Positions 8,804 to 17,735 of a DNA stretch of 57,081 bases are shown here, one piece after another. Position numbers and translations under genes: made by a program. Source of the DNA: a virus (lineage: Duplodnaviria; Caudoviricetes); the IMG/VR virus record IMGVR_UViG_3300027038_000001, positions 1 through 57,081 of that record; one strand, given 5' to 3'. Each line of letters starts with the position of its first letter. Positions within the stretch are counted from its first letter, which is position 1. The notes under the pieces are model-generated. The model saw only the letters and a list, made by a program, of their open reading frames with translations. It was not told where the DNA came from and did not search any database.

Positions 8804-9313
8804 ATGGAGATGGAGATCACAAAGCTTCGTACACATGTGTTCCAACTGTCGGCAGCATTCTCGGTCGACCTGATCCTGCTCGAAGAGATACCTCCTGAAG
8901 AGGCGGTCGCGCTTACGAGCAGGTCTGGACGATGCGGGGTGGTGGCGAGAGAGGTGACCGACGAGACCAGCTACGTGGTTGTTCTCCACGAGATGGGTCA
9001 TCACCTATCGCCACTAGGCAAGCTGCGACAAGCGTTGAAGGTTGTTCCACCCGGCCCCGGCTCACCTATCCAAGAACGACATCGGTGGATCAAGCTGATG
9101 TTGGACGAGGAGTTGGCGGCATGGGAATGGGCCAAGCACAACGCCCTATTCTGGTCGGCTGGAATGGAACAGGTGTTCCAGTATGCGCTGAACACGTATA
9201 TCGCAGAGGAGAAGCGCATCGCAGGACTCGTTGCGTACACACCACCATCACCCAACTGGCAACCCAAAGCACGGCGAGCATCGTTGGACGAAATCGCCAA
9301 TGGAAGGAAATGA
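8804..9313 (+). CDS. HExxH metallopeptidase-like protein
   Basis: VVLHEMGHH plus downstream EELAAWEWA (gluzincin-like third ligand). Confidence 0.65.
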   Translation: MEMEITKLRTHVFQLSAAFSVDLILLEEIPPEEAVALTSRSGRCGVVAREVTDETSYVVVLHEMGHHLSPLGKLRQALKVVPPGPGSPIQERHRWIKLMLDEELAAWEWAKHNALFWSAGMEQVFQYALNTYIAEEKRIAGLVAYTPPSPNWQPKARRASLDEIANGRK

Positions 9314-9537
9314 GGATGAACATTCACGGCATCTTGTCAATGACAGTCACCCCAGAGGGTGTGGTGTCTCTCTGGGACGATATGAGCAAAGCTCTTAAAG
9401 GAAAGGAAGAGCACGATGTTGCGTTTCAGTTGTCATTGACTGCTGCGCAGATGCGTGTGGTGGCGCGAGCCGAATCGGTTGCCAAGCAGAAGAAGCTCGG
9501 TGCCCCCAAGAATGTGGACACGGGGCAAAGGACTTAA
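9310..9537 (+). CDS. Hypothetical protein
   Basis: ATGA overlap; 75 aa. Confidence 0.55.
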   Translation: MRMNIHGILSMTVTPEGVVSLWDDMSKALKGKEEHDVAFQLSLTAAQMRVVARAESVAKQKKLGAPKNVDTGQRT

Positions 9538-9561
9538 TTTCAGTCAAAGAAGGAGACGAAC

Positions 9562-9879
9562 ATGAAGAGTACATTGTATGACTGGCGGAAGCAGAACGTC
9601 GCGCACATGAAACGAACGCATGAGGCGATGTGCGTTCAACGCGACGGTCTCAGCGAAGAGATCGAGGCCATCGTGGCGGTCATCGCTGCGTTGGAGTCAG
9701 TCAAGTTGAAGCGACCGCCTAAGGTTGCGCCGCCGCCGGGGGTAAAGTCAAAACCGAAACGCAAGTTGTCCGAAGCGCACAAGCAGGCATTGGCCAATGG
9801 TCGGAAAAAGTGGGCCGAGAAAAACGGACACGGCAACAAGAAGAAGTCGGTGGCGAAGAAGGCGGTGACCAATGCGTAA
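9562..9879 (+). CDS. Basic coiled-coil protein, possibly DNA-binding
   Basis: Coiled coil followed by KRKLSEAHKQALANGRKKWA; AAGGAG RBS. Confidence 0.65.
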   Translation: MKSTLYDWRKQNVAHMKRTHEAMCVQRDGLSEEIEAIVAVIAALESVKLKRPPKVAPPPGVKSKPKRKLSEAHKQALANGRKKWAEKNGHGNKKKSVAKKAVTNA

Positions 9880-10102
9880 GAAACTTCCGCCGATGGAACG
9901 TCGGCCCGTCTTCGTCATGTACACCGCGGTGCGTCGCTGCCGGTTTAATCCCTCATTCAGTAGAATGTTGGATCTGCCGCAGTCGCTTCAGATCGATGTC
10001 GTCAATCGTTGGGAGGGACGACACAAAGGACGTGCGTTCGACTTCGACGTCAGTCAGACCAACGTCAGCCGGCCACCGACATCGAAGAGGAAACTTCGAT
10101 GA
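9872..10102 (+). CDS. Hypothetical protein
   Basis: 76 aa; overlaps both neighbours. Confidence 0.45.
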   Translation: MRKKLPPMERRPVFVMYTAVRRCRFNPSFSRMLDLPQSLQIDVVNRWEGRHKGRAFDFDVSQTNVSRPPTSKRKLR

Positions 10103-11358
10103 TGAAAACCGACATCACTCTCTATCACATCAAGACCAACCACACGGTCAAGGTATGGCGTGCGTGGGTGGTCGGTATCTACGTCCACTCTGAATGGGGC
10201 CAGCAGGGCGGCAAGATGAACACGACGAAGGAACGTGCCATCGAAGATCGTCTGCATACGGCGGAGCAAGCGGCCGAGCTCCTCTGGAGCAAGAAGGTTC
10301 GCAAGCGCAAGGAGAAAGGATACGTCGAACATCTGGACAAGGTGGTCGACGATATTCAGATCACCGAGGGCACGATGAACTTCGACAAGCTCCCTCGGTC
10401 GTTCGCTCCTGCGAAGCCAATCAAGACGTTCGACCCGAACGAGTTGGCCAAGTGGGAATGGTATGGTCTACTCTACGTCCAACGGAAACGCGATGGTGAG
10501 CGGCACTACTTGGTGTCCGATACCGAAGGACACATCCGTGTTTACTCAAGCGGCAAGAAGGACAAGACGCAACACCTTCGTCCGCTGATTGAGAACCTCT
10601 CGATGCCGCCACGGTCAGTCATTGACTGCGAGCTCGTGGTGACTGTGCCGGGACGGCGAGGTGGCAGCGATGGGTTCCTGACAGTGTCGGGCATCGGTCG
10701 CTCACTTCCAGAACGCGCACGTGAGATGATCGCAGCGGCGCGGAAGAGGGGTGAGAAGGTTCAGCTGCACGCGTTCGACCTTCTGTGGTGGGACAACGAG
10801 CCCATCTACAAACAGACCTACCTGAAACGGTATAAGATGCTCCGCAACATCGTGCCTGAGTGCGTGGTGTCCGTGCCAGGAAAGTTGGAACACGCGCCCC
10901 TGATCACGATGCCGTTGGTCAAACACGAAGATGGATTGAATGCGACCTTGTCCGAAGCCATCTCGATGGTGAAGGAGTTCAAGTGGGAGGGTCTCGTCGT
11001 CTGGCGGAAAGACCAACGGACGGTGGTGCAAGTCAACGGAACGCCGAAGCGGGTCAACTGCTGGAAGGTGAAACTCGTTGGCGAGGAAGACGTCGTCGCC
11101 TACGACTTCCTAAAAGGGAAAGGAAAGAACGCCAACGTGGTTGGCAAGTTCTTCATCTCTGACCGGAGGAGCGGCGGTGAGTGGGTTCCGATGGGCCGGT
11201 GTGGGACCGGTCTCGACGACAAGACTAGAAAGGAGGCGCTCAGCTGGAAGTATCCGTGCGTCATTCAGATTGAGTATGACCAGAAGTCGGAGAAAGGATT
11301 CCGATTCCCGGTCTTCATTCGAAAGCGCGATGATAAGAAAGTGACCGAGGTGGGCTGA
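10099..11358 (+). CDS. lig: ATP-dependent DNA ligase with WGR-like N-terminal domain
   Basis: Motif I QRKRDGER, III IDCEL, IIIa AFDLL, IV WEGLVV, V WKVK, and OB fold GRCGTG...FRFPVF.RKRDDK. Confidence 0.92.
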   Translation: MMKTDITLYHIKTNHTVKVWRAWVVGIYVHSEWGQQGGKMNTTKERAIEDRLHTAEQAAELLWSKKVRKRKEKGYVEHLDKVVDDIQITEGTMNFDKLPRSFAPAKPIKTFDPNELAKWEWYGLLYVQRKRDGERHYLVSDTEGHIRVYSSGKKDKTQHLRPLIENLSMPPRSVIDCELVVTVPGRRGGSDGFLTVSGIGRSLPERAREMIAAARKRGEKVQLHAFDLLWWDNEPIYKQTYLKRYKMLRNIVPECVVSVPGKLEHAPLITMPLVKHEDGLNATLSEAISMVKEFKWEGLVVWRKDQRTVVQVNGTPKRVNCWKVKLVGEEDVVAYDFLKGKGKNANVVGKFFISDRRSGGEWVPMGRCGTGLDDKTRKEALSWKYPCVIQIEYDQKSEKGFRFPVFIRKRDDKKVTEVG

Positions 11359-12080
11359 TGCTCAAGGCGGTGGTCCGAGAGCACATCGAGATGGGAGACC
11401 GAGCGAGGGGGCGACGCACACTTATGTTGAAGTGCGGTCATCCGACTCGTCGGAATCACATCCCAGGCCACCAGTGGGTTATGGCACACTGTGCGATGTG
11501 CACATTTCTATCAAAGGAGCGTGAAGACAAAAGCGACCGCCGAGCACGAAAGAATATGAGACGGGAAGAACGTAAACGTAAGCAACAACTCAAAGTGGAG
11601 AGACAGATGGCCAAGAAAGCGAAAGCAAGCACCCGCGTTGTCAAGAAGAGCAAGCTGGCGAAGAAGCCGAAGGGCGGTCAGAAGATGAAGGTCGGCCGCA
11701 AGTGGTTCAAGCCTTCGTTCGTGTTCGCCGAGAAGGACTCGCTCCTCCAGAAGATGCTGGAAGCGTTCGCAGAAGCTGAGGGCCAGACCCTTGGTGAGAA
11801 CGAACTGATCGCACTGATGGAGAAGGCTGGCGTGAAGGCCATCGGTACGAAGACCGTGAAGAAGCTGGTCAAGGCGATGCTGCGGAACATGTCCAGAGCC
11901 GGCGTCATCGTCAAGGATCGGGATCGCAAGAACCATCCCGAACTGTCCAAGAAGAAGGGCAAGGACGCTGACGAGGACGAGGAGGAAACGGAAGACGCTG
12001 AAGAAACGACCGACGACGCCGCCGAGGACGAGGAAGAGAAGCCCAAGGCGAAGAAGAAGGTCATCAAGAAGAAGCGTTAG
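11358..12080 (+). CDS. Lys-rich putative DNA-binding protein with acidic/basic tail
   Basis: N-terminal CGH...CAMC; possible internal start at ~11607 (GGAG RBS); central winged-helix-like segment; E/D block then KKKVIKKKR. Confidence 0.6.
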   Translation: MLKAVVREHIEMGDRARGRRTLMLKCGHPTRRNHIPGHQWVMAHCAMCTFLSKEREDKSDRRARKNMRREERKRKQQLKVERQMAKKAKASTRVVKKSKLAKKPKGGQKMKVGRKWFKPSFVFAEKDSLLQKMLEAFAEAEGQTLGENELIALMEKAGVKAIGTKTVKKLVKAMLRNMSRAGVIVKDRDRKNHPELSKKKGKDADEDEEETEDAEETTDDAAEDEEEKPKAKKKVIKKKR

Positions 12081-12160
12081 GTTGTCGCGCTGAATAATGG
12101 ACACGGCGGGATCGCGTTGATTCCGTCGTGTTCAATCCTGTCAGAGAGATGGAGATGAAA

Positions 12161-12397
12161 ATGACTCAGGGGCCAATAAATATGGAGATTGTGAAGATCA
12201 GCGGAAAGGTCATTCGGACGTTTCCAGATCGCGGATTCGTTTGGGTGACCGGAGAGGACGGCGTTGACTACTTCGCTCACGCGTCGCAAATGCAACGTGT
12301 GAACATTTACGACCTGTGGGTGGGTCGTGAGTTGAAATTTGTTCCGACCGAGGGCGAGAAAGGTCCTGCGGCGGAATTGATCGAAGTCGTGGAATAG
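12161..12397 (+). CDS. Cold-shock domain protein
   Basis: GKVIRTFPDRGFVWV (RNP1-like), DYFAHAS (RNP2-like), GEKGPAA. Start may be 12182. Confidence 0.85.
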   Translation: MTQGPINMEIVKISGKVIRTFPDRGFVWVTGEDGVDYFAHASQMQRVNIYDLWVGRELKFVPTEGEKGPAAELIEVVE

Positions 12398-12398
12398 T

Positions 12399-13757
12399 AT
12401 GCACTCCCTTCGACCGCATCAACAGCGGGCCTTGGCCTACGCCGTGCCGCGGAGCCGGATATTCCTTGCCATGGAAATGCGCACAGGAAAGACGCCCGTG
12501 ACGATACGGTGGGCTAAGGCGCGTAATCTTAAACGGATTCTTGTCATCGCTCCATTGACGACATTGAATCCTGGATGGGTTGAAGAACTGGTCGAAGAAC
12601 AGATCAAGGCGAAATACATTCATGTGCTGTCGGAAACTAAGAAGCCGAAACGGCTACAGACGTTGAAGAAGCCTGGATGGCATTTGATCAACTACGAATA
12701 CATTCGACGTAATCCGGAGGTGCTGGAAGCGTTCGATCGCGAGGACGACGGTATCGTGTTGGACGAGAGCACACGTATCCGATCGCCGAAAGCTGGCATC
12801 ACCAAAGTCGTGCTGCGACATACGAGTGTGGAACACCGCGCATTGCTATCTGGAATGCCGAATCCGGAATCGGTTCTGAATTGGTTCACACAGATGGTGT
12901 GGATGAAAGGAGACCTCTGCGGCGTCGACAACTACTGGGCCTTCCGTCAGAAGCTGTTCCGGCCCTCGTGGCCCGGTTCGTGGGATTGGAAGCCACGTCC
13001 GGGTGCGATGGAAAAGATCAAGGCGGATGTCCATCGCAACGTGTTCGTGCTCACAGCCAAGCAAGCCGGCATGGGATCGAAACACGTGTATGAGAAACGC
13101 ATGGTGCCGATGAATCAGCTTCAACAACGTATGCAGAAGGAGATCGTCCGAGACTTCTCATACGGAAAGGATGAAACTAAATGGGCACCAGTGCAGCAGA
13201 CGTGGCTCGCTCGGCTAGCGGGAGGGTTCAGTCCCGACGGGACAGAGCTCGTCTCAGACGCGAAGCTGAAAGAGTTGTTGTCGATTTTGAAAGAAGATTT
13301 GCCGAAGAAAGCTCAGGTCGTGGTCTGGGCTCGATTCCGTTCGGAGATTCGAGGGATCAAACAGTTTCTGAACTCGAAGAAGATCCCGACGACCGCGATG
13401 ACCGGAGCGACTGACCGTGTTCAGCGTCGCATTCGTATCAAGAAATTCCGTCGTGGCAAGTATCGCGTGATAGTGGTGCAGGAGAAGCTCGGTATGTATG
13501 GGTTGAACCTCTCCACCGCGGACACGGACATCTACTATTCGAACATGTGGGAGAACGAAGTTCGGTCGCAGTGCGAGAAGCGAATCGAACACCTCACGAA
13601 GAAGACGCCGCTGTTGCATATCGATCTCATTACACGAGACTCGGTGGACGAAGAGGTCGTGCCTCGGCTCAGGGAGAAGAAGTTGAACGCGAAGATGTTC
13701 CATCTCGTCTTGAAAGGAATGGTTGAACGATGGCGAAGAGTCCATCCGTTAGACTGA
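12399..13757 (+). CDS. SNF2-family SF2 helicase
   Basis: MRTGKT, INYE, LDEST, LSGMP, GLNL, QCEKRIEH. Confidence 0.9.
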   Translation: MHSLRPHQQRALAYAVPRSRIFLAMEMRTGKTPVTIRWAKARNLKRILVIAPLTTLNPGWVEELVEEQIKAKYIHVLSETKKPKRLQTLKKPGWHLINYEYIRRNPEVLEAFDREDDGIVLDESTRIRSPKAGITKVVLRHTSVEHRALLSGMPNPESVLNWFTQMVWMKGDLCGVDNYWAFRQKLFRPSWPGSWDWKPRPGAMEKIKADVHRNVFVLTAKQAGMGSKHVYEKRMVPMNQLQQRMQKEIVRDFSYGKDETKWAPVQQTWLARLAGGFSPDGTELVSDAKLKELLSILKEDLPKKAQVVVWARFRSEIRGIKQFLNSKKIPTTAMTGATDRVQRRIRIKKFRRGKYRVIVVQEKLGMYGLNLSTADTDIYYSNMWENEVRSQCEKRIEHLTKKTPLLHIDLITRDSVDEEVVPRLREKKLNAKMFHLVLKGMVERWRRVHPLD

Positions 13758-14209
13758 TGGCAATCGATCCCGGATTGAACTCACTGGGGTGGGCGATCTG
13801 GGAAGCCAACAATCGAAGCGATATGCCAGACCGTGTGGGTCTGTTGCATGCGCCACGCAAATTGTCGTTGCCTGATCGTTCGTTGTTTCTGGCGGAGGCT
13901 CTCGATGCACTCCTCCCAGAAGAGGAAGAGTGTGAGGTGGTCAGTGAGTACCCAGCGTATCATGGACGTGTCAAAGGTTGGGATAGCGGAGATCTTCAAA
14001 AACTCGTCTTTCTTGTTGGATTCTTGGCAGGCTACTTTTTTCGATTCCATTTTACGCCGGTCACTCCGGGAGAATGGAAAGGTCAACTTCCAAAGGATGT
14101 GGTCATCCGACGTCTCCAGAAGCGACTCGGCAAGAGTGCCACTAAACATTTCGACAAAGACATTTGGGACGCAGTGGGAATTGGTCTATGGAAGCGAGGA
14201 CGTTTCTGA
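13730..14209 (+). CDS. RuvC-like Holliday junction resolvase
   Basis: MAIDPG...GWAIW, VVSE, P.EWKG, DIWDAVGIG. Confidence 0.8.
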   Translation: MAKSPSVRLMAIDPGLNSLGWAIWEANNRSDMPDRVGLLHAPRKLSLPDRSLFLAEALDALLPEEEECEVVSEYPAYHGRVKGWDSGDLQKLVFLVGFLAGYFFRFHFTPVTPGEWKGQLPKDVVIRRLQKRLGKSATKHFDKDIWDAVGIGLWKRGRF

Positions 14210-14210
14210 T

Positions 14211-14483
14211 ATGGACTTCCAATTTCAGCAAGGATTGGATGGACGTATGAGAGCGTCTATCGAGATCACGATGCGGGAGTTGTTCCGCACTGAGAGATTC
14301 CAACAGGACTTTATGTATCGTGTTGTGGAGGATCTCGCAAAACATATCTCACATCAAGTCGACGCCATCATGTTCAGTGGTGAGCTCGACAAACTGATCA
14401 GGGATGCAATCAGAGAAGAGGTGAAGAAGCAAGTTGCGGCAACCGTAGAAGAGAGACTTGAAGAAGTCTTTGGAGAGGACTGA
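14211..14483 (+). CDS. Hypothetical protein
   Basis: GAGG RBS; helical, 90 aa. Confidence 0.65.
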   Translation: MDFQFQQGLDGRMRASIEITMRELFRTERFQQDFMYRVVEDLAKHISHQVDAIMFSGELDKLIRDAIREEVKKQVAATVEERLEEVFGED

Positions 14484-14485
14484 AG

Positions 14486-14893
14486 ATGGAGATCACACAT
14501 ATGTGGCTACGAAACATTTGGATTGTGTTAGTCGCGATCCTATTCGTTATGGTGATGGGTCTGTGGCATAACGCCACGGCTCAGACGACGGTCTACACGA
14601 ACGTCGGCCCGTCCGTTATCGTGAAGGAGGAACGTCATGTCAGGCCAGCGCCGTCCATCCCAGATTCCATTAGAGTCAGGGCCGACGAATTGCGACTTCT
14701 CGGAGAGTGGCGTTCGTTGCCGGTTCTGCGGAATGCCCCGAGGGTTCCGAACGTCCCTGCACAGCCGACTAGTGAACGACGGACGCCCGTGTCCGAGCCG
14801 CTCATCATCGATGGTCTCTACGTCGGACCTAGTCCGTCCGGGTCGTGGACTTCCGTCGTCACGAAGATCCCGACGGTCCGGGTGATCCGATGA
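14486..14893 (+). CDS. Putative exported protein
   Basis: N-terminal hydrophobic signal ending ATA-Q; GGAGAGG RBS. Confidence 0.6.
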   Translation: MEITHMWLRNIWIVLVAILFVMVMGLWHNATAQTTVYTNVGPSVIVKEERHVRPAPSIPDSIRVRADELRLLGEWRSLPVLRNAPRVPNVPAQPTSERRTPVSEPLIIDGLYVGPSPSGSWTSVVTKIPTVRVIR

Positions 14894-15108
14894 ACGACTA
14901 TCGATGCACCAAGTGTGGTGCGCTCACCGGTCTACCAGAAGGTATGTGCTTGCGCTGCCTTCGAAAACTTCGTGAGATGGACACGTGGCGGGAAAATCAA
15001 CCACCCCCACGGACCCACGTGCTCGACATCGTGGTTTGGGTTTCAACGGCGGTGGTAGTAATCGCCGTCGGTGCAGTAGTGCGGTGGTGTCGGTCGGTTA
15101 GTCGTTAA
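14890..15108 (+). CDS. Small Zn-finger membrane protein
   Basis: CTKC...CLRC plus a C-terminal TM helix; ATGA overlap. Confidence 0.55.
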   Translation: MNDYRCTKCGALTGLPEGMCLRCLRKLREMDTWRENQPPPRTHVLDIVVWVSTAVVVIAVGAVVRWCRSVSR

Positions 15109-15125
15109 ACTAGGAGAGGTGAATC

Positions 15126-15347
15126 ATGGCGAAGACAACAGAGAAGATGACGCAGGTCGGACGCAACGTTGAATACTCAATCAAGGGTACGAAGCTCACC
15201 ATCGAGATCGATCTCGCTGCGGAGACGGAACCGTCCAAGTCGGGCAAGACCTTGATCGTGGCAAGTACTGGCGGCAATAAGTCGATCGGCGATGTCGTCA
15301 TTGGTCTGAACGCATACAAGTATGCCGAAAAGAAAAAGAAGAAGTAG
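15126..15347 (+). CDS. Conserved small hypothetical protein
   Basis: NVEYSIKG.KL.IEIDL...SKSGKT.IVASTGGN...GLNAY; strong RBS. Confidence 0.8.
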   Translation: MAKTTEKMTQVGRNVEYSIKGTKLTIEIDLAAETEPSKSGKTLIVASTGGNKSIGDVVIGLNAYKYAEKKKKK

Positions 15348-15356
15348 GGTGGAGCT

Positions 15357-16394
15357 ATGAAGATCAAAACGAAGAAAGTCATTCCGATGGCGGAAGTGCC
15401 CGCTCGGTTTTATGACCCAGAGCGGGACGGCGTGACCTTTTCTCTTCTTACGACCTTCAAAAACTGTCGAGAGCGCGCACGTCTATTCTTAAACGGATGG
15501 ACGTCGCGCAGCAACAGTCTGGGTATGGTTTTCGGAAGTCTGGCACATGGAGTAAACCAGCAGATCTACGAAGACGTGCGAACTGGAAAGCTGACCGAAC
15601 TTCCAAGCGAGGCCTACATCAAGAAGGCCGCTGCCAAGGTCGAGGCTCTATGGAAGAAAGAGAACCCCAGAGCCGATGCCGACTCGAAGGAATATCTCGA
15701 GTATTCCATGATCCTGTTGGAGGCGGTCATGCCCGCCTACTTTAAGTACTGGAAGAAGGATTTCCAGTTGATCTGGGAACGTGTGGAGACGGTGTTCAAG
15801 ATCCCAATCGAGGTTCCGATGGGAGGAGAACGCAACGTCGTCAAGAAGACGTTCATCCGTGGCAAGATTGACGGGTCGTTCAAACGAAAGGCGAACGGAC
15901 GGCCTCGCCTCTTCGAGACGAAGACCAAGACACGGTTGGGAGAAACCGGAGAAGGGAATCTCGCAGACATCCTTCCGCACGAACTCCAAGTGAACATCTA
16001 CTTGTTGTATCTGTGGTGGGTCGACAAGAAACTACCGGAGGGTGTCCTCTACAACATCATCCGACGACCGAGCCTCCGTCAGAAGAAAAGTGAATCATTG
16101 GTGAAGTTCGCCAGACGAGTGGCGGCGGACATTTCACTACGACCGGAGTTCTACTTCATTCGGTTGGAGATGTTCGTCGAGAAGAAGGATCTCGAGAAGC
16201 AGGAGCTCGAACTTCGAGATCTGGTGTCTGACTTCATCCTGTGGTGGAACGGATTGGCCGGTCACTACAAGAACTCAGACGCGTGTGAGAACAAATACGG
16301 CACCTGTGCGATGTTGCCGATTTGCAGTCGTGGAGATTACACGGGATTCTTCAAGCGAGATACCGTGTTCAGAGAATTGGCCGACGAGCTATAA
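15357..16394 (+). CDS. PD-(D/E)xK (RecB/Cas4-like) exonuclease
   Basis: S.L..FKNC, FGSLAH, VE, RGKIDG, FETKT, QVNIY and C-terminal C..KYGTC...IC. Confidence 0.85.
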   Translation: MKIKTKKVIPMAEVPARFYDPERDGVTFSLLTTFKNCRERARLFLNGWTSRSNSLGMVFGSLAHGVNQQIYEDVRTGKLTELPSEAYIKKAAAKVEALWKKENPRADADSKEYLEYSMILLEAVMPAYFKYWKKDFQLIWERVETVFKIPIEVPMGGERNVVKKTFIRGKIDGSFKRKANGRPRLFETKTKTRLGETGEGNLADILPHELQVNIYLLYLWWVDKKLPEGVLYNIIRRPSLRQKKSESLVKFARRVAADISLRPEFYFIRLEMFVEKKDLEKQELELRDLVSDFILWWNGLAGHYKNSDACENKYGTCAMLPICSRGDYTGFFKRDTVFRELADEL

Positions 16395-16402
16395 AGAGGG
16401 AG

Positions 16403-16654
16403 ATGGACATGGCATTGACAAATCCGAAGGTAGGTGATCGTGTGATACTTCGTCCACCGAAGTGGGATCCGGAGATGGAGATCACCAGGCACGGTACTGT
16501 GGAAGAGGTCTACTACGGAAGACCGTCTTGTGGTGGTCTCGGAGAAAAGAGATATGCGGTTCGATGGGACGAAGGAGATCAGGGACGGGATTTCCTTGCG
16601 ACTCGCTTAGAACACGAACCGATTGAAATTCCAACGTTTCAAGTAGTCGAATGA
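16403..16654 (+). CDS. Small SH3/KOW-like protein
   Basis: KVGDRV...GTVEEV...YAVRWD. Confidence 0.6.
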   Translation: MDMALTNPKVGDRVILRPPKWDPEMEITRHGTVEEVYYGRPSCGGLGEKRYAVRWDEGDQGRDFLATRLEHEPIEIPTFQVVE

Positions 16655-16923
16655 AAGCGCCGAAAAAACTGACACGTGCGCAACGGGCGCTGCTGTTAGA
16701 AATGGCGGACAGCAAACGCGTCATTCTGATTATGAAGCATTCGAAGGAATGGATGGGTTTGAAATACTCGATCAATTCATTCCCGATTCGACAGTTGCGA
16801 GCGGACATGGTCGCGCGGCTAGCTCGATTGGGTTATCTGCAGATCAACAAACGGGGATTCTACGAACTCACTATCTCGGGAATGTTGGAGGCTTCTTTGG
16901 AGAAGCAACGGAGGCGGAAATGA
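16651..16923 (+). CDS. Small winged-helix-like protein
   Basis: KLTRAQRALL...LARLGYL...YELTISG; ATGA overlaps. Confidence 0.6.
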   Translation: MKAPKKLTRAQRALLLEMADSKRVILIMKHSKEWMGLKYSINSFPIRQLRADMVARLARLGYLQINKRGFYELTISGMLEASLEKQRRRK

Positions 16924-17735
16924 ACGTGGTCGTCATTGGTGGTGGGTTCGTTGGACAATTAGTTCAATGGGCGATACCCGAAGCGCGAATCCTCGATTGG
17001 CGAAATAATGCACCTGCCGATCATTTGGAAACGCGAATTGGTCCTCGGTATCTTTGGGAGCCGATTCCCGGAGTGCCGTCGTCGTCGTTCGACGTGGTGA
17101 CGACGATCGACAATCAGCCACCCACTCTTGAAAGCATTCTGACTTACAAGAAGAAGGTAGGCAAGGAAAATGATGGCGGGAACTGGGATGTACAATTCCG
17201 CCATCATACTACCGGATTTCGATCCCAACTTCCCGTCCCCAGAATCGAATTTGGGAAACGAGTGACTATGATCGACCACCGAAGTCGAGTACTCTGGACA
17301 AACAATCTCGACGTTGTTCATTATGATTGGTTGGTCAGTACGATCCCATTGCCGGCGTTGCTTGATATTTTCGGATCAAGCCACGCATCGTCATTCAGAT
17401 CGCAAGTCATCTACATGACGCGGACACCAATTCCACAGGACGTCATTGGCGACGTCTTGCATATGAATTACGTATCTGACCCACAGACACCGATCTACCG
17501 TGTGACCGACTCTCTTGGAGAACGATTTTCAGAATCGCTGGTAAGGATCGACTCGTCAGCGATCAAGATCATGCCGGGAAAGATCTTCACATATCCAGAA
17601 GCTGAACATCTTCTCAATCAGCTGGGGGCGCTTCGGTGCAAATGCTTCGGGAGATTCGGTACTTGGCGTCCAGACGAATTGGCGCATGAGACGTGGTCAC
17701 TTATCATTGCTTGGAGGGACGAGATCTATGGATGA
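16920..17735 (+). CDS. FAD-dependent oxidoreductase (UDP-galactopyranose mutase/amine oxidase-like fold)
   Basis: N-terminal VVIGGGFVG Rossmann motif, GPRYL, YDWLVSTIPLP, C-terminal FGRFGTW. Confidence 0.75.
   Translation: MNVVVIGGGFVGQLVQWAIPEARILDWRNNAPADHLETRIGPRYLWEPIPGVPSSSFDVVTTIDNQPPTLESILTYKKKVGKENDGGNWDVQFRHHTTGFRSQLPVPRIEFGKRVTMIDHRSRVLWTNNLDVVHYDWLVSTIPLPALLDIFGSSHASSFRSQVIYMTRTPIPQDVIGDVLHMNYVSDPQTPIYRVTDSLGERFSESLVRIDSSAIKIMPGKIFTYPEAEHLLNQLGALRCKCFGRFGTWRPDELAHETWSLIIAWRDEIYG

Noticed and set aside
15357-16394. Cas4-like gene as part of a CRISPR system
   Set aside because: No cas1/cas2 and no repeat-spacer array; its context (RuvC, Sak4-like, SSB) is phage recombination.
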